A DNA stretch of 63,530 bases, filler included, from Sphaeroforma arctica JP610 (taxonomy: Eukaryota): assembly GCF_001186125.1 (NCBI RefSeq). It is 6 parts of 2 records of this genome, joined end to end, with 100 filler letters (N's around TTAATTAATTAA, not from the genome) between each part and the next. Parts side by side here need not be neighbours in the genome. Positions count along the whole stretch, not along the records: positions 1 to 26,173 come from NW_014040550.1; positions 26,274 to 42,977 come from NW_014040550.1; 4 more parts are not named here. The stretch is one strand, 5' to 3'. Under the pieces are notes generated by a model. That model ran no database searches. It worked only from the letters and a program-made list of their open reading frames with translations, and had not been told where the DNA came from. Shown piece by piece: positions 11,103 to 31,700 of this stretch (position 1 is the first letter of the stretch; each line of letters starts with the position of its first letter). The translations under genes were made by a program, and so were the position numbers.

Positions 11103-14100
11103 TCCTGAGTGAGACCTCAAAGTTGACTGTCAAGTGTGTACCGTTTGCACCAGGACGCTCAAGCCGTGCCACACCGACCCCAGTTTGTACCACGGATGAG
11201 TCTGTTCCAGGCGGCTTCAAGGGCTGTGCCCGCGCCGACGCCGATGATAACTGCCCAACCGCCTCCAAGGAAGCCATTGTCAGACTGTACTCTGTCTAGC
11301 CCACGCCCACGAGACTTGAGCACCTTTCGTGCTGGGAACCACACGAACCGTCCCACAACTACGCATGGGAGGGGCGACTTGTGTGACACCCTCACGCGTG
11401 ACACGTACCACAAATTTACGGCAGTCGAAATAGTCCGATGAATTGAACGATGCTCCGATGCCCCGGCCGACAATCGCCCAATAGAAGGCCCTATCACTAG
11501 AATTGACAAGTGGGTGTTGGTCACTTCGGCAACCCACGATGTTCACGAGGATTTCCGATGGAGCAGATTGCGAGGTTACTGAGAGCCGATGAATAATCGC
11601 TACGCCTCATTTAAACATCTCTACCACTCATAATGTTACGTACCGGTGACTGAGTTACACACTACGGTGTCGGCAGCGGATAAGCGACCGATGAACAACG
11701 CAAGCCGTGTCCGTCAGGAGGAACAACGTAAACTTGACGAATATGAGCGCTCCCGTGCAACACGCATCCAGGATACACAGATGCAAGGGATGGAGAGGAA
11801 GATGGCGAGATTACAAGACCTCAGCCACCGGCTCACCGTTTCTGGGCTAACAACTATCTGTGGGGGCATACAAATGCATACGAACAAACAGGCTGCGATT
11901 ATGACGATGATGTTCCTCAGCGTTAAAAAGACCCCTGCGGTAAAACAGCCATTGATCAAAGGTCCAAAGACCTCAAGAAGTTGACGAAAAATCTGACCGA
12001 TTCAATGGTATCAGTCCGTACATTTACTAATAATGCGTCTACGGGTGTAGATAAAAAAAATATGTCAAACCTTTACAGAACTAACGGAATAACCTCCACA
12101 AGAGCCCTAGTGCCTTGCGGCGTTCAAGAAAAAAAGAAAACGGGGATCATAACCCCTATACTACCGCCATTAATCGTTCGCGATATTCACGTTCCACTTG
12201 TGCCCCTATGGGGCTCTTCTCAGCCACGCGGTTCAACACCGCTAAGCGACAACACTAGAGACCACGCTTCCCACAGCCGCTGCCGCCGCTGTATAGGTCG
12301 ACCAGCTGCGTGCCTGCGTTGTGGCCTCCGTCATTGGAATGACATGTGCCCCGTATGCGACATCTGTCACCACACCAGATAGAACATTTTAGATACCGGA
12401 ACATACCCTCTTTATCCACGCAACCCAAACAATACCCTCAGCACTGGCTCTACAACAGTGGGGGCTGAGACGAATTCGGATTGATTTGAGGAGGACGAGT
12501 GGACCGATCCAGTTACTCAGGCCCCCTGCGAGGACCTACCAGTGATTATATAAAATGGCACCGGTACTCGTCCAGCGATGTTGAGCTGAGGATTTGCTGC
12601 GGCGAATCAGTTTAAGATAACACACTGGAGCGCTTATACCTAACTGGGCATAGGGGCAGCGGAACCTATATCAGGTTAATTTCTTCATTTGCCGACCACC
12701 GGAGGTCTCTTATAATCTTGATATCAGACACAGGAGCCCATACATTGCAGACCAGGACAATACCTGGACCGTATCACTAATCAGCCGGCCGCGAAGGTTG
12801 AACGCCTGAAGGACAAGTTCTTTAAGGTTTGGATAAGTCCGGCCCCACCAAAGTTCATTTCGGATGTCATGTTTAAGGTCATGCCGCTGCCAGGGGCCCT
12901 CTCTATCCGGCGTGTATACGGCACAACGGATCCTTTTCAGAGCGGAGTTTTCACCCGGAAGGTGGATGCCATGTACCGGGTGAGCAATGCGGAGGAAAGG
13001 AACCCCACGAGTCTGTCAGTCGCTTCCTGTGGCCTCGCCCGTAAAAACACCAGAGCAGTGCCGACTGAGGATAAGAATTTCTGCTTGACGGTCGATTATT
13101 CTATGCATAACCCTTACATGCATAACCTGCCGGTGACGCTGCCTACGGAGGACGACACGCTGAACCATGCACGAGGTGCGCATATCCTTACATGTATAAA
13201 TTTGGCCGCCTTCTATCACTAGCTAATGATAGCACCGAAGTGTCGATATATCCTCACGTTCTATACCCCGTGATGGTTGTTTTTACCAGCCCGTTTGCTG
13301 GAAAGCATACAAGACGGCTGTTTCGATATACAGCAATACAAGCTGCACACGTTCCAACCAACATGTTAAAGCCGTCCGACCATCATCGAACAGTAGACAT
13401 TATGATTGAAAAGAATATCCAGCTGCAGCCAACAAAGAGTAAAAAGGTTCGTCTACCACAGGGGATGGCACATCTGTTCGGTCAGGATATTTTAGATCAC
13501 GAGTCCAGGACCGCGACCGACTGAAAGATTTCTCACCGCGCCAGTTCCCAAGAATCGGAAGGAACTGGTATCTCTCCTCGCCATGATGTCTTAGCTGTCC
13601 GGCATGGTGCACAGCCCCATTATGCGTGCACAATTGAACCACTCACCCGCCTCACGAAGAAAAGAGCGGTTTTCGCTTGGGGAACTGAGCAGCAGCTGGC
13701 TTGGGATAAAGCCTTCTTCCATCTGTCGATGAGGATGAAGCTGTACCAGCCGCTCCCGCACCAGTGACTCGTCATATAAAACAGCCGTGGGCATGACCCT
13801 GTATGTCCAAATGGAGAGAAGGATTTCTGTAGACTTCGAAAGGTATTACTAGGTTTCAAACTATGTTAAATAAACTAAGATACAATTCAAATCAGTTAGG
13901 ATATAGCAGTGGTAGCTTGTGTAAGAATGATCGGGACTGCCTCTTGGTACGAGCCTTGAAATCTTCGAACACACAGGACGTACCTCTAGCTGTTCTTTAT
14001 TAGTTTTCACTAGAAGTACTAAGTATCCATGATCACACGCCTAAGTTGTAGATAGACATAAGAACATATGTCACGTTGATACATTAGCTATTATAAATAA

Positions 14101-14271
14101 AGTTCTATCTGGAGAAAAGTTAAAAAAAGAAAAAGACTTATTGGATTTTGGAGATTGGCGGGAGGACCAAAATCTGTAAGTAGTAGTTCAGAGATTATCG
14201 AAATTCAGTTTATAAAATTCTACATCTACTAATGTCTCAAATAGATCCAAGTGAATGAGTCATGTATATAT

Positions 14272-14353
<82 letters not shown>

Positions 14354-15280
14354 TATTATACATACACACACACACANNNNNNNNNNNNNNNNNNNNCATA
14401 TATATAAATTTATGATCAAGTGTGTATATATGTGCTTGTGTGTTTTAAAATACTCAGGCTATTGGAGCCATCAAAGTGAATTTAGAACATTTTGGAAATA
14501 TTGGAAAAGAACTTGTATTGAAATATTTTAATACAAATAAAATCTTGATTTTTAGACTGACCGGAGGCCGTATTCTTTCACTTCTTGCTATGCAGCGGAA
14601 GAAATAGACAACGCACCGCTCTCACAGTTGGCATTGGAAGCCGCGAAATTGCATATCTTCGACCAGACAGACCTCATAATGGGCCTGAAAGCGCTGGCAC
14701 CGCAATTCTCCGCCGAGGCAATACAACCAACGGATGCCGACGAAGTGGGCTCAGGGGTCCCCGCCCCACGCTTTATGACACTCCATCACACGGGGACGTA
14801 GCCACAGGGTACAGCAAACATGGACGATATCATCGTCGTCCGGCACAACGACGGTACCCAGGGCTATGCGGTCATTCGAAAGGAGATCATCGACGTCGAC
14901 ATCACCATCACGGGTCACTCAAAGCTCTTTTCAGTTGTTCTCGCAGCCAGTACTCTGAAATCGGCGCAGCAAAACTATGGCGCTACGGGCCGCGATATGA
15001 CGGGGTGTAAATTTGCAGCCAAGTAGGCTTTGAATATCCTGCAGCGGTTGCATCTCCGTACTGGATATCATGAAGAACCTCGGCAAAAACACCGAGGACA
15101 ATACAATGGAAAGTCGCCGAATCCTCCGGTCTATCCAGGTCATGCATGAGTTACAAATTGGCTACCAGTATATCCCAGGGCCTCTAAACATCTTCGTTGA
15201 CCACATGTCGCGGTGCTGCAACCATATGAACCCACTCGTGCTCCCAGCGAACAAGCGTCAGGTCCTGGCGGCACTCATCA

Positions 15281-15510
15281 TTGCAACTAAACCGTCTGTG
15301 GTTACATCGATCCATTGAGGTTTTTGGAGCCGAGTACGCAATTGAGATATTCGTCAGAGAGGAGAAAAATCTACAGGCGGTCTATTGCAGTAACGAACGG
15401 GGGGGGGGGGAGTGAAATATGGCTGTGGCTTCTTCGATCTTGAACTAGACGACAAACATTGCTATGGGAACTCTCCTTTTGATATATTGGCTGGTGTATT
15501 GTTGGAATGA
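15281..15510 (+). pseudogene. Dam-like methyltransferase domain remnant, copy 2
   Basis: LQLNRLWLHRSIEVFGAEYAIEIFVREEKNLQAVYCSN, poly-G frameshift, then KYGCGFFDLELDDKHCYGNSPFDILAGVL. YGNSPF at 15463-15480 sits at the NPPF motif-IV position. Confidence 0.7.
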
Positions 15511-18500
15511 TAGCGGCCCGCCAAATCGTGACCACAAATGAGGTGGACATATCTCTCATGAGAGGGAATCGGGCGGTTGGCTAACCGCCTTGGAAGTATA
15601 CGCTCCTGGCACACGTCAAGAGTGGAGCAGGCATGAAATTATCCCGTGCCCCGATCTTTCTGGCGCCAACTGAACCGTAGCGGTGCTCCGACCGCCCGAT
15701 GGCATGTTGGCCACCAATACCGATCGGCTTCGTGCTTCTCGATCACGACGCGCGCTCAGAAGGTTGTCGATGCACACCTGGGCAGTGCCGAGGGCGATTC
15801 GCCTGTTGTGGTTCAAACTTGATAAGACAATGGTCTCTGCACACCGAACTGGTTGAACAACCAACCCTCGATATACAGGAGCTCCCAGCGGAGGTCAACT
15901 CTCTGCCGGACAGGGATGTCAGCCGGGTGCGTATACGTGATCTTTTTTTGACCAAAGTTTACTCCAACAATCGGTTGCCCTCGATTCAAGTTCTTTTATT
16001 AGTGGCGTGAATCAGTACTCATTACGAATCGGGGTGGATGAACCCAGCTTTCAATTTGCTTTCCACAACGCACGTACGGAAACAGTGCGTGTTTAATATG
16101 CTGACATACGAGAAGACATCAACCTGCAGTTAGTATTCCTACCGCAAGCACCCTGAATAGTGTCTTTTTGGTTTGAGTGAAGATGGGGGGCATTATAGGT
16201 CATAATTAGGTAGTGCTTTTGTTCTTCTGCATGTAATCGTAGTATTGTTGGTATGTTTACCGTTCTATTCTGAGCCACTCTAAAAAATGTAGTTTACTAT
16301 GTCTGCGATGAGACATTGCTCGTCGATTTTACGCTATCTATAGTACTTAAAATACAAAATTACTGTCGCAGTACAAACCACATTTAGAACACTATCAGCA
16401 GGCGCTTCCGATCAATTTCGGTTGTAGAGTTTTTTTCGCTCGATATTGCAATATGCAACATTGCCAGTGTAGAAACGGACGGTATCTGAACGGACATCAC
16501 TTTTAACAAGAAGTATAACTGTCCCTTCCTGCAATTACAAACGTTAAAGTAGGGGTCAACAATTGTGAGACTGATGGTCATCGTCTAGTGTAGATGTATT
16601 TACATTCACGGCAAGTCTGTGCTGTATATAAACCGACATGTTCTAATTAATTTTGAACGTGTAATACCCAATCTTTATTGTTTCTATTGTCCTGAAGGTT
16701 GACATTAGATATAAATTGAGATAGCTTTCGTATAGAGTATACAGAGTACCTGGAAAGATATGACCAAAGGAAACAATAGACCTCATCTCAAGTACGTTTA
16801 TCTCAGCAGAAAAGACTTGTATTTTTGAATTCACTTGACTTAAAATTTCTACTTGAGTGTTTCTCTCATACGCGGGGTACCGGTATCCTTTACCGCTATA
16901 TTTCTGGTGACTCTAATTTCAGGAACATTGGATCCTGTCCCAAAACTCAGTCTTTGATGATTTTGTGGCTTTGGGTTTGAATTGTCTTTTCTAATAATCC
17001 AGTCCCTAAGACTGTACTGCCGAGTCTAATTCATACCTACATATTGACGGAGAAATCGTGTAAACACATATCGGTATGATGAGTCGGACCAGAGTGTCAG
17101 GTTTTGTGTCCAATGCGGACTGTAATTCGTAGCAAATCTATGTCTGCGCATTGCGTGTACACGTGCTTGGCGTTACTTCCACTCACTAACGGTCACCTAT
17201 GGAATTGAATGAAGTCGCTGGATGCTTTAATTGCCATTTCCTCCTACAACAACGTGAGCGCTCTACAAGTCGACGCTAGTTGTCGGGCACCTAACAGGAA
17301 GTGGTATGCGCTGAAAATACCGTTCTCGATCACAAACACCGAATCTCACTAGTCAACCAGCTACCTATTAGCAAGAAAAGTCATGTATCCAGCTAAAGTT
17401 GAATTCAGCTATCTTTTTAACGTGTACGCTACTATGTACAGAGAAGCATGCTGTATGTCGGGGACGGACTGTAGCCCCTGAAGGTACTCATATTTGGTAT
17501 CAGTTCTCATGACAAATGAAACAACAAAGAGTCATTTTTTGTATAACACGCCCTAGAAACCTTGCAACTATGGTAAACCTTCGAAGTATTGAAGAGAACA
17601 ATCACGAGAATCCCTAGATAAACTTCTTGAGAGAGTTGAATGATGATGCATTCTGCTCCAATACAGGTGTAGCAGCTAAGCAGTGCATAGCAGCTAACGG
17701 TAATAATCGTACGTTGTTAACAATGGAAGCCGAGCAATATGTGTACAGCTGCTGTTGCAAGAGCTATATATGTTGCTCCAATACCAAAAGCGTGCAAGGA
17801 TACTACTTGATAATGAATGAGATGTGGAATCACTGAAATATCTGCAGGCGAAATAAGTAAGTTGAGAACGGGTGGTCGTTAACTGATCAAGGAATGGTGA
17901 GACCGAATGACCACCAGTAAATACAGATATGGAAAGTAAACAACCTGCGCTGATAGATGTAACAGCGTTGGGAATAAGTATGACGGTATATCATGGTTAT
18001 TCATAGCCTGCATGTCATGCTACAAAAGATCAAAAACTGACTATAAATAAAACAGGCATCAGAATTCTGAACTATCATACTTTGACCCTTTAACTTTCAG
18101 CCATTAAAGCCCAATCAAACCCACTTTGGCCGAGCGTCTTTAATTACCCATGGCAGTCACATGTGAGTTATATACCCCTATTCTCCACATGTATCCACAA
18201 AATGCTTGCTAAAACGAAATGAACAAAGAACCATACGACCGACAAATTCCAACTCATAGCTACAGTAGCAGATTGGGCAATTGAGTCAATTCTAACCTTC
18301 GGCTTTTACCGAACAATGATGCAAGAGGCTATACGAAGCATTGTCACCAAGATGCCTGTAGGTTCTTACTCAAAATATGGTGGACATCTCACAGGTAGCA
18401 TAGCAATTGGTAATACAAATGTAGAGCGAACAGTCGATTTAGATTTCGTATTCAACGTCCCGTTGGACAGTATTTTAGATCATGCTCTCACTCTAGTAGC

Positions 18501-19020
18501 ACATCTTGGATTGTACATCATAATGTGAAGTCATTACTACATTCTAAAGAGAATCGCCAGGCCAGACTAAGTAAAACCAGAGTGTCGAAGTTCAATAGCT
18601 TTAATTCTTGTTTGACATATAGACTTCCTCCCTCATTCCTGGCTACATTTTTTTACCCGGAATAACCACATCGTTTGACATTCAGTTACGTTTTCGACTT
18701 GCTAAAAGCGTCCTATACAAAGCTTTCCCTTGTGAGCGGGGCATTAGCGCCATCTCATTTACCATTCGACTGAGCTCTATATCAAAGCGCATGAGTAGGT
18801 CTCTCAATACGTAAGTGGGTTGAAATATCCATACAATCAAATGTGCATATATGAGCATTTTCGTACTTTCCCCCAGGAAAATATATCAACGATTTTTCCG
18901 TTCGAAAATGAGCTTGCCCTAATGATATTCGCTCTGCAAGACGATTTGATAGGTGGATAGGATAGTTCGCAAGACTAACTGCACTCCCTATCGTACATTG
19001 CTCGGATTCCGATTATGCTT

Positions 19021-25246
<6,226 letters not shown>

Positions 25247-25700
25247 CTGGTTGGATCGGGAAGGCCTTATTCTGTGTCCATGTGTCTGTATGGCCTTGTT
25301 ATGTGTTTATATTATATATCTGTATTGCTTTGTTCTGTGTTTCATGTATTTGTATTGTGTCCCTGTGTCTGTATCCTTAAGAGCCTCTTTGAAGGGACAC
25401 GCGTTATATGTATTTATTTATTTACCTAACATACATCTACAATATCTTTTCGGAATTTGTTTATACTTCATTATATAGGATATTTCATATTGATTACACA
25501 CCAGCGAGTCTTGATTTTACATGTATGCCTCTGTACATATCTACACGAAATACTACACAGACATTTTTACACGTAAGTAATCATAGGGATATAGCTGACC
25601 AACCTATGCTGTGCTGAGTCTTGCGTGTCAAGCAATGGCCATCACCACACAAAGTTAATACAGCAGACCTCAGGATTACGGCAGCAGGTATACCGGCCTC
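25247..25700. promoter_or_regulatory. Probable bidirectional promoter between head-to-head ANKRD16-like and presenilin genes
   Basis: Divergent predicted ATGs ~450 bp apart; depends on the tentative first presenilin exon. Confidence 0.4.
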
Positions 25701-28700
25701 ATGGCTCGAGAGTCCATAGCTATGACTGAAGTCTCAGAGTCCTCAACGCGTCAGTATGCTCGCTTGTCAACTGCCGATGTTGATCATGGGTACGTATGTT
25801 TTTCTTTTAGCGCATGTATTTGTATTAGGCTGTGAGATGGATATGCTAGTGTGTGTTTCTATGTATACATATAAAATCATGATAGTTTGTGTACGTGTGA
25901 GTTGATAGGCATTACCGATCATTCTCGACTTGTACTTTACTTTTACGCTTGGTTTACCAATATGCAGCTGAGTGCATTGTTTTTGCGAACATCGAGGATT
26001 CTGTGAGTTCACAGATCTACTTGATCTTTGTGTCTATCTCCAACCCGGTCTCCTTGCATTTGTCTACAATATCCGATGGCAATTTAGACTAGAAGTTGCA
26101 AGTTCTCGGAGATAGTCCGTTGTAACTTCATTCGATTTCGGATACCGAGATAGCTTCTTTGACAATATATATANNNNNNNNNNNNNNNNNNNNNNNNNNN
26201 NNNNNNNNNNNNNNNNNTTAATTAATTAANNNNNNNNNNNNNNNNNNNNNNNNNNNNNNNNNNNNNNNNNNNNTATACATACTTATTATATATATAATTT
26301 TATATACACACATATATATATATATATTGATATATATATATATCAGTACTTTCCATACTGTCTTATTGCGGGCTTTGTTTGATATAGTGGAAAGAGTTGA
26401 CACTTGCATATGTGTCATTATATAGGAGTATTTATATGTATATCATTCCTGCACTATATCCTATATTGCGGTAAGTAGAAAATCTGACCTCACATGCCCA
26501 CACGTACGCTCGCACAATTTTACATACACGCACACGAACACACATACTAGCACACACAGATGCTATCACAAACCACACGGATATATGCGGACACACACCT
26601 CAAAGTTTATAAGCTAAGTCTGTCGTTATGTCGACTTTCATTCCGGCACATCAATGTGTATTTCTGTATTTGGGCAATTGCAAATCTTTATTGATGATTT
26701 GTAGCAATATTTTCTCCGACTGTGGCAAATGGTCCCTGAGTGTAGGGCCTACATCGCTTGTTTACCCGAAGGTTTACTCACACCCTTGTTTCTATGAGTT
26801 TGTGACTGATTCTGTCTTTCATCATTGCTTTAATTTCTTGTTGATAATATCTGCTCAATACTCGCAATTTTCTTCGGTTGTGCCAAATAGCCCATTACTA
26901 TCAGCCATGCCTGATGTCATTCGATGTCTTCCGTTTCATAAACATATGCATGCTTTGTGCAGTTGTGTATAGAGTCACACAATCAATACAACTCCGTCGT
27001 CAATTAAGCCGTCGATATCTTTTGTTGATACCACTAGCACTCCCTGCATAGATACGGAGGAGAGCACAACCACAGGGGATCACGCACCTCCTAACGGCGC
27101 TGAGATTGACGATCCTATGACGATGGAAGATGTGCACCATGGCGCCGGTCAAATACAGGTAGTCGATTTCATTCAGTAATATTGAGACTAGGGCAACTTG
27201 CTGTGGTTGCGTCATAATACCCGTCGAAAGTTTACAGTGCTCATCGATTAGCGCGAGTGATGTCAAAGATTTAATACATGCTTTCAATGCAGATAAAGTC
27301 TCCGGCATATTCTTTAATAAATTCAGCTTAGGTATTGTTTCTGAGCGTCTGTGTTGCTGGAGAAGATTGGCAAACGAATATCTGCAACCGCGAGAAAATT
27401 TAATCACTGATCTCCAAAGCATGTTTGCCACATTCCAAGTTGAGAGAATCACTGCACATCTGCTCGTATGGTGATACCAGACTACGACAGGGCTTTTCAA
27501 ATGGGCCCTCGTTGACAGTGTGGGACATTGAAAATTGTCCAATTGCCGAGTTTCGCATCCCACATGGGCACTTCATATTTCATTGCTCGACCACGCATAT
27601 AAATCTGCGCAGATCTATGTTACATCTATGTCGAGTACCGAGCCAACGAATCGATTCGACACATGCAAGGTTTCTGGGCAAGCATCAAGTTGTCTCTTTT
27701 CCTCACGGATGCGCCCGTATCAACTACAACAGAACAGGAACGCTTTTGATTCTATATGCAGGCGTTGCTGATCCCAGTGTCCATTTGCATGATGCTGGTG
27801 GTGATAACAGTCAGGTCGATAACATACTTTGCCACCAATCCCGAGAAGCAGTACATTGCTTATGCGAGTATATTCAAGGAAGACGACGGACAGACCAACT
27901 ATCAGAATGCAATGAGGTATGTTATATATATTTTTTGCTATGCACGGATGCGGGATTAAGGAGAGGGTTGATTGTATTTATGAAAATTCTTATTTTGCGT
28001 GTGTGATGAGGTGAACGTGCCGATTGCAGCCGATGGCGCGTGCAATAGATAGGGGTGAATATAACTTTGCTGTAAAATTAGACGATGCAAATAGGTCGTG
28101 TTGTGTGTTTGAGCAAGTTAGGGTGTACAAGTAAAATTATTGTGGACGGGACGTGGTCGGGACGGGTGATGGGTAGTCGTAATCGTGCGGGCGTTTGCTG
28201 GTCTCTTCACTCTGTATGCTACACAATCTAGCACAAGTGTAGTACCCTGAACATGCCACGTAGTGGTTATCTCCGATGTTGTCTGTTGAGCCTATAAGGG
28301 CTACAGCGGATGTTTGGATATAGCCATCCACTACGGGATTTGTTCGGATTCACCACAGTCTAAGCGCAATGGGTGGCAGTTACTTAAGCCCTTGCAGGTT
28401 GCTGGTTGAGATAGCCTCCGGACATGTATATCCACCGCGACAGGAAGTTATAGTCTAGTTATGTAGTTATCTACTGCAAATTATGGAGCCGATAATGTAT
28501 TAACGGAGAGGCAGAAAAGGATGTCATGTACTATACACGGTACGATGAATAAAGCATTACATGGCATTTATATGGAGGTGCACTGTAGTGTTTGCGCTAG
28601 AGAAATGTTCATGCAGCAAGCTACAGGGAGTAGTCGATAAATCGGTTGTAACTTTAGTTTTGAGCTATAAATTTGGTACTCTTTGCAAATATATCTACGC

Positions 28701-31700
28701 GTACAAGCTTGCATACAATTTCAAGCGATCAGAATTCTCAAACACGACAATTGTTCACGCAGCGCCGTCGGAAATGCTTTGATGCTGCTTGTGGTGGTCG
28801 TCACCATGACACTTGGACTGGTGCTGCTGTTCAAGTATAACTGCTACAGAGCTATAAAGTGAGTTTGAGATAATATTTTTTACATACAAAGGGCGAGTTT
28901 GCTAGTCTTTATTGCCGGGTTGCATGTGCAAGAGTATAATTGCTACCGACTTCTCAAATGGGTGCGCGAAAAATTTGCCGATTTATACTGTTGAGAGGCG
29001 GAATTGTTGCACAACCACAAAGTGCACCATTGTTACCGCAGGGAACCTCTCACTTGCTTCTTTTGAATTGTATGTGGGAGATTGTTGGATATGATATGCG
29101 AGTATAATGGGCTACTCAGTCACAGCAACCACAAAATTAGGTACTTCTACACATCTATATATACAATAGTTTACATTATCATACACGAAGAAATAGTTAT
29201 ATATATATAGGATATGGGATATTACGGAGGCACTCACAGCGCATTTGATGTACAGCCCTCCCGTAGAACAATTGACCATGTTGCAGTCTATCATAAACAA
29301 CGCGATATTGTCACTTTTTTCCTGCCTGATTCCCTCAACCTACACAAGCTTTTATGTTTCGGACCTCAGATTACACATACACTTTTGACTTATTGGCACA
29401 TTCTGTTTGTCATTTTCACGTATGAATCGCTTCCAGAGGGTGGCTTATATTCTCGTCCCAAATGCTCCTCATGACGTTTGGTTTTGTGTATCTACAACAA
29501 GTCCTTCTCGCCGTCAATTATCCCGTGGATTGGATCACTGTTGCTTTCTTCATCTGGTATGTATATCGTCTGTCGAGTTACTGATTACAGGACTGATCTT
29601 TTGGATATGGTAAAGATAAATACAATGTAATTTTAGGTCAAGCACTACTCTCATCGACTGAGCGCGATTCATGATGAATTTTTATTCAAATGCACATTTG
29701 AATGGTTTATAGCTTATTTACGATATCCGATAATTTTACAATCCGTCGCAAAATAAAAACCGGATATCAGGCTCCCTCCTCTACAGGCTCCCACTTTTTT
29801 ATACCGGCAATCGGAAGTACAATTAATACAAACTGTCTGTTGCAAAACAAATGCTAAACGACATCTGTACTCGCACATTGCATATAGCCTTGGCAGCAGA
29901 GCTCCACAACACTATTTCGTATTCATTAGAATAGCACGCATCGGCACATTTTGGCTATGTACTTATGTTTGACATTTAAATATTAAATGTCAATTGTCGA
30001 ATGTCAAATATCAACACAGCGGCCATCGCCAACTTTGCACGTCGGTACAAACTCTGCACAGCCCATACACAATTTCTCAACACACAATAGCCAAAGTGGA
30101 ACATCCCAGCACGCATCTTTAATGACTATGAATATAAGATGTTCGAATACGTGCCAACTCACAGGAATTTCAGCATCGTCGGAACCATATGCATCCACTG
30201 GCGCGGTCCTCTACTGCTCACACAGGCTTATCTGATCATATCGAGTGTCCTAATGGCTCTCGTTTTCATCAAGCACCTGCCACCGTTCACGACTTGGGCC
30301 GTGCTGATATTTGTGGCGCTGTATGACATCGTTGCTGTATTGTGTCCGGGTGGTCCACTTAAAGTATGTTACATAATCCCTTATCATATGATATATCTTT
30401 ACGATAGTCTATAGTGTGCAGATGACTATAATTTGGGCCTGTTGATATGTGTGGCTCTGTCGGACATCGTTGCTGTATTGTATTCGGGTAGTCCATTCAA
30501 GGTGAATTACTTATCCTTATTGTCATATAGTACGTCTTAGTATAGTCTCGAGTGTACTGAGGACTCCCGTCTTCATCGAGCACCTGCTACCGTTCCCAAC
30601 TTTGACTGTGGTTCACTAGAGGCAGGTTACGAAAGTGTTTGATATGAATTAGTACGTTTTTACAATTCTTTTGAGTTCTTTAAGCACTCCCACCGTTCAC
30701 GGCTTGAGCGTGCTGATGGGTTGGTTCTGTGTTGTAGTCGGAGTTTCTATATGTATATACATGTTTTCATCCGATAGTCTCGAATGGGTTAATGGCGTTC
30801 GAGTGTTCTGGTGGCTTTTGAAGTCGTTAAGCATGATTCGAGCCTAAGTTATATATTCGTACCAACGTGTGTACCTAGAGGCGTGCGAGGTCTGCGCGGC
30901 TGCAACTATTATTAATATGCGGACGCTCTGTTGAGTCCCTATTTGTGTCCACGCGTACTAGTCGTCCATCTGACATAGTTGTAAATACGAAGTGGTTCAG
31001 GACGTGTCAAGCCGTTGCATTTAGCTCCTGTGGATTCTTCGACGTTGGCATATGTCGTCGCCATTTCACACTACATGATGGTAGCACCTAAGCCCACCCT
31101 CACAAACGAATGCCAAGTTTAATCACGCACAGATGGTGCGGTCTACTACTATAACGTCTATAGTCTCCACAAAATCCCCAAAACCCGAAATCTAAAATCC
31201 TAAACGCTACAAACCACACACAGATGCTGGTGGAAACTGCACAGGAACGAGACGAGCCTTTGCTTCCTTCTCTCATATACTCTACGACAATGGCGTACAT
31301 AGTGTCCGCTACCTTACCCAGCCAACCGAATGTTGATGATGATGCGGATGACATATACGGAAAGGATTTCGAAAGTTCTGGTACGAGATATATCAATGGA
31401 GTTGCTATTGCGTATCGTTATAATTTACATACTTCTCTGGTGATAATTGGGTATCTCCTTATGCCAACGATCGTACGTTTATGGGGATTTATCACCTATT
31501 TAGTCTGGTAGAATATAGTGTTTTCGGCTTTCCTAATGATTTTTTATGGTAAAGCAAAACCCCTTCCAACCCAATGTTTGAAAATCGATATTGGTCAGCA
31601 AATATTGAAGCTCCCGACTTCTCACTTGAGAATTGTACCATGTAGACGTTGGAAACCTCGTAGAGTCGGGAGTGAAGTCCGGAAAGTGCTTGATACATCA

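Larger units (their letters stand above)
9955..15930 (+). mobile_element. Second, diverged and truncated copy of the same retrotransposon family (LTR-gag-PR-RT-RH-MTase-linker; integrase absent)
   Basis: LTR-like 9955-10218, gag from ~10287, Zn knuckles CLRCGLRHWNDMC/CDIC at ~12310-12370, PR 12530-12660, RT 12870-13790, RH 14600-15225, MTase 15281-15510, linker EQPTLDIQEL ~15855 (copy 1: EQHPALDMQEL). Interrupted by an unrelated insert and a gap at 13830-14560. Confidence 0.8.

Noticed and set aside
16000..19000. Possible genes or RNA genes
   Set aside because: Only short ORFs without motifs; no tRNA, rRNA or snRNA signature recognised here or elsewhere in the window
26218..26229. Recurrent TTAATTAATTAA palindrome as a biological motif
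   Set aside because: Always centred in fixed N runs, so an assembly linker
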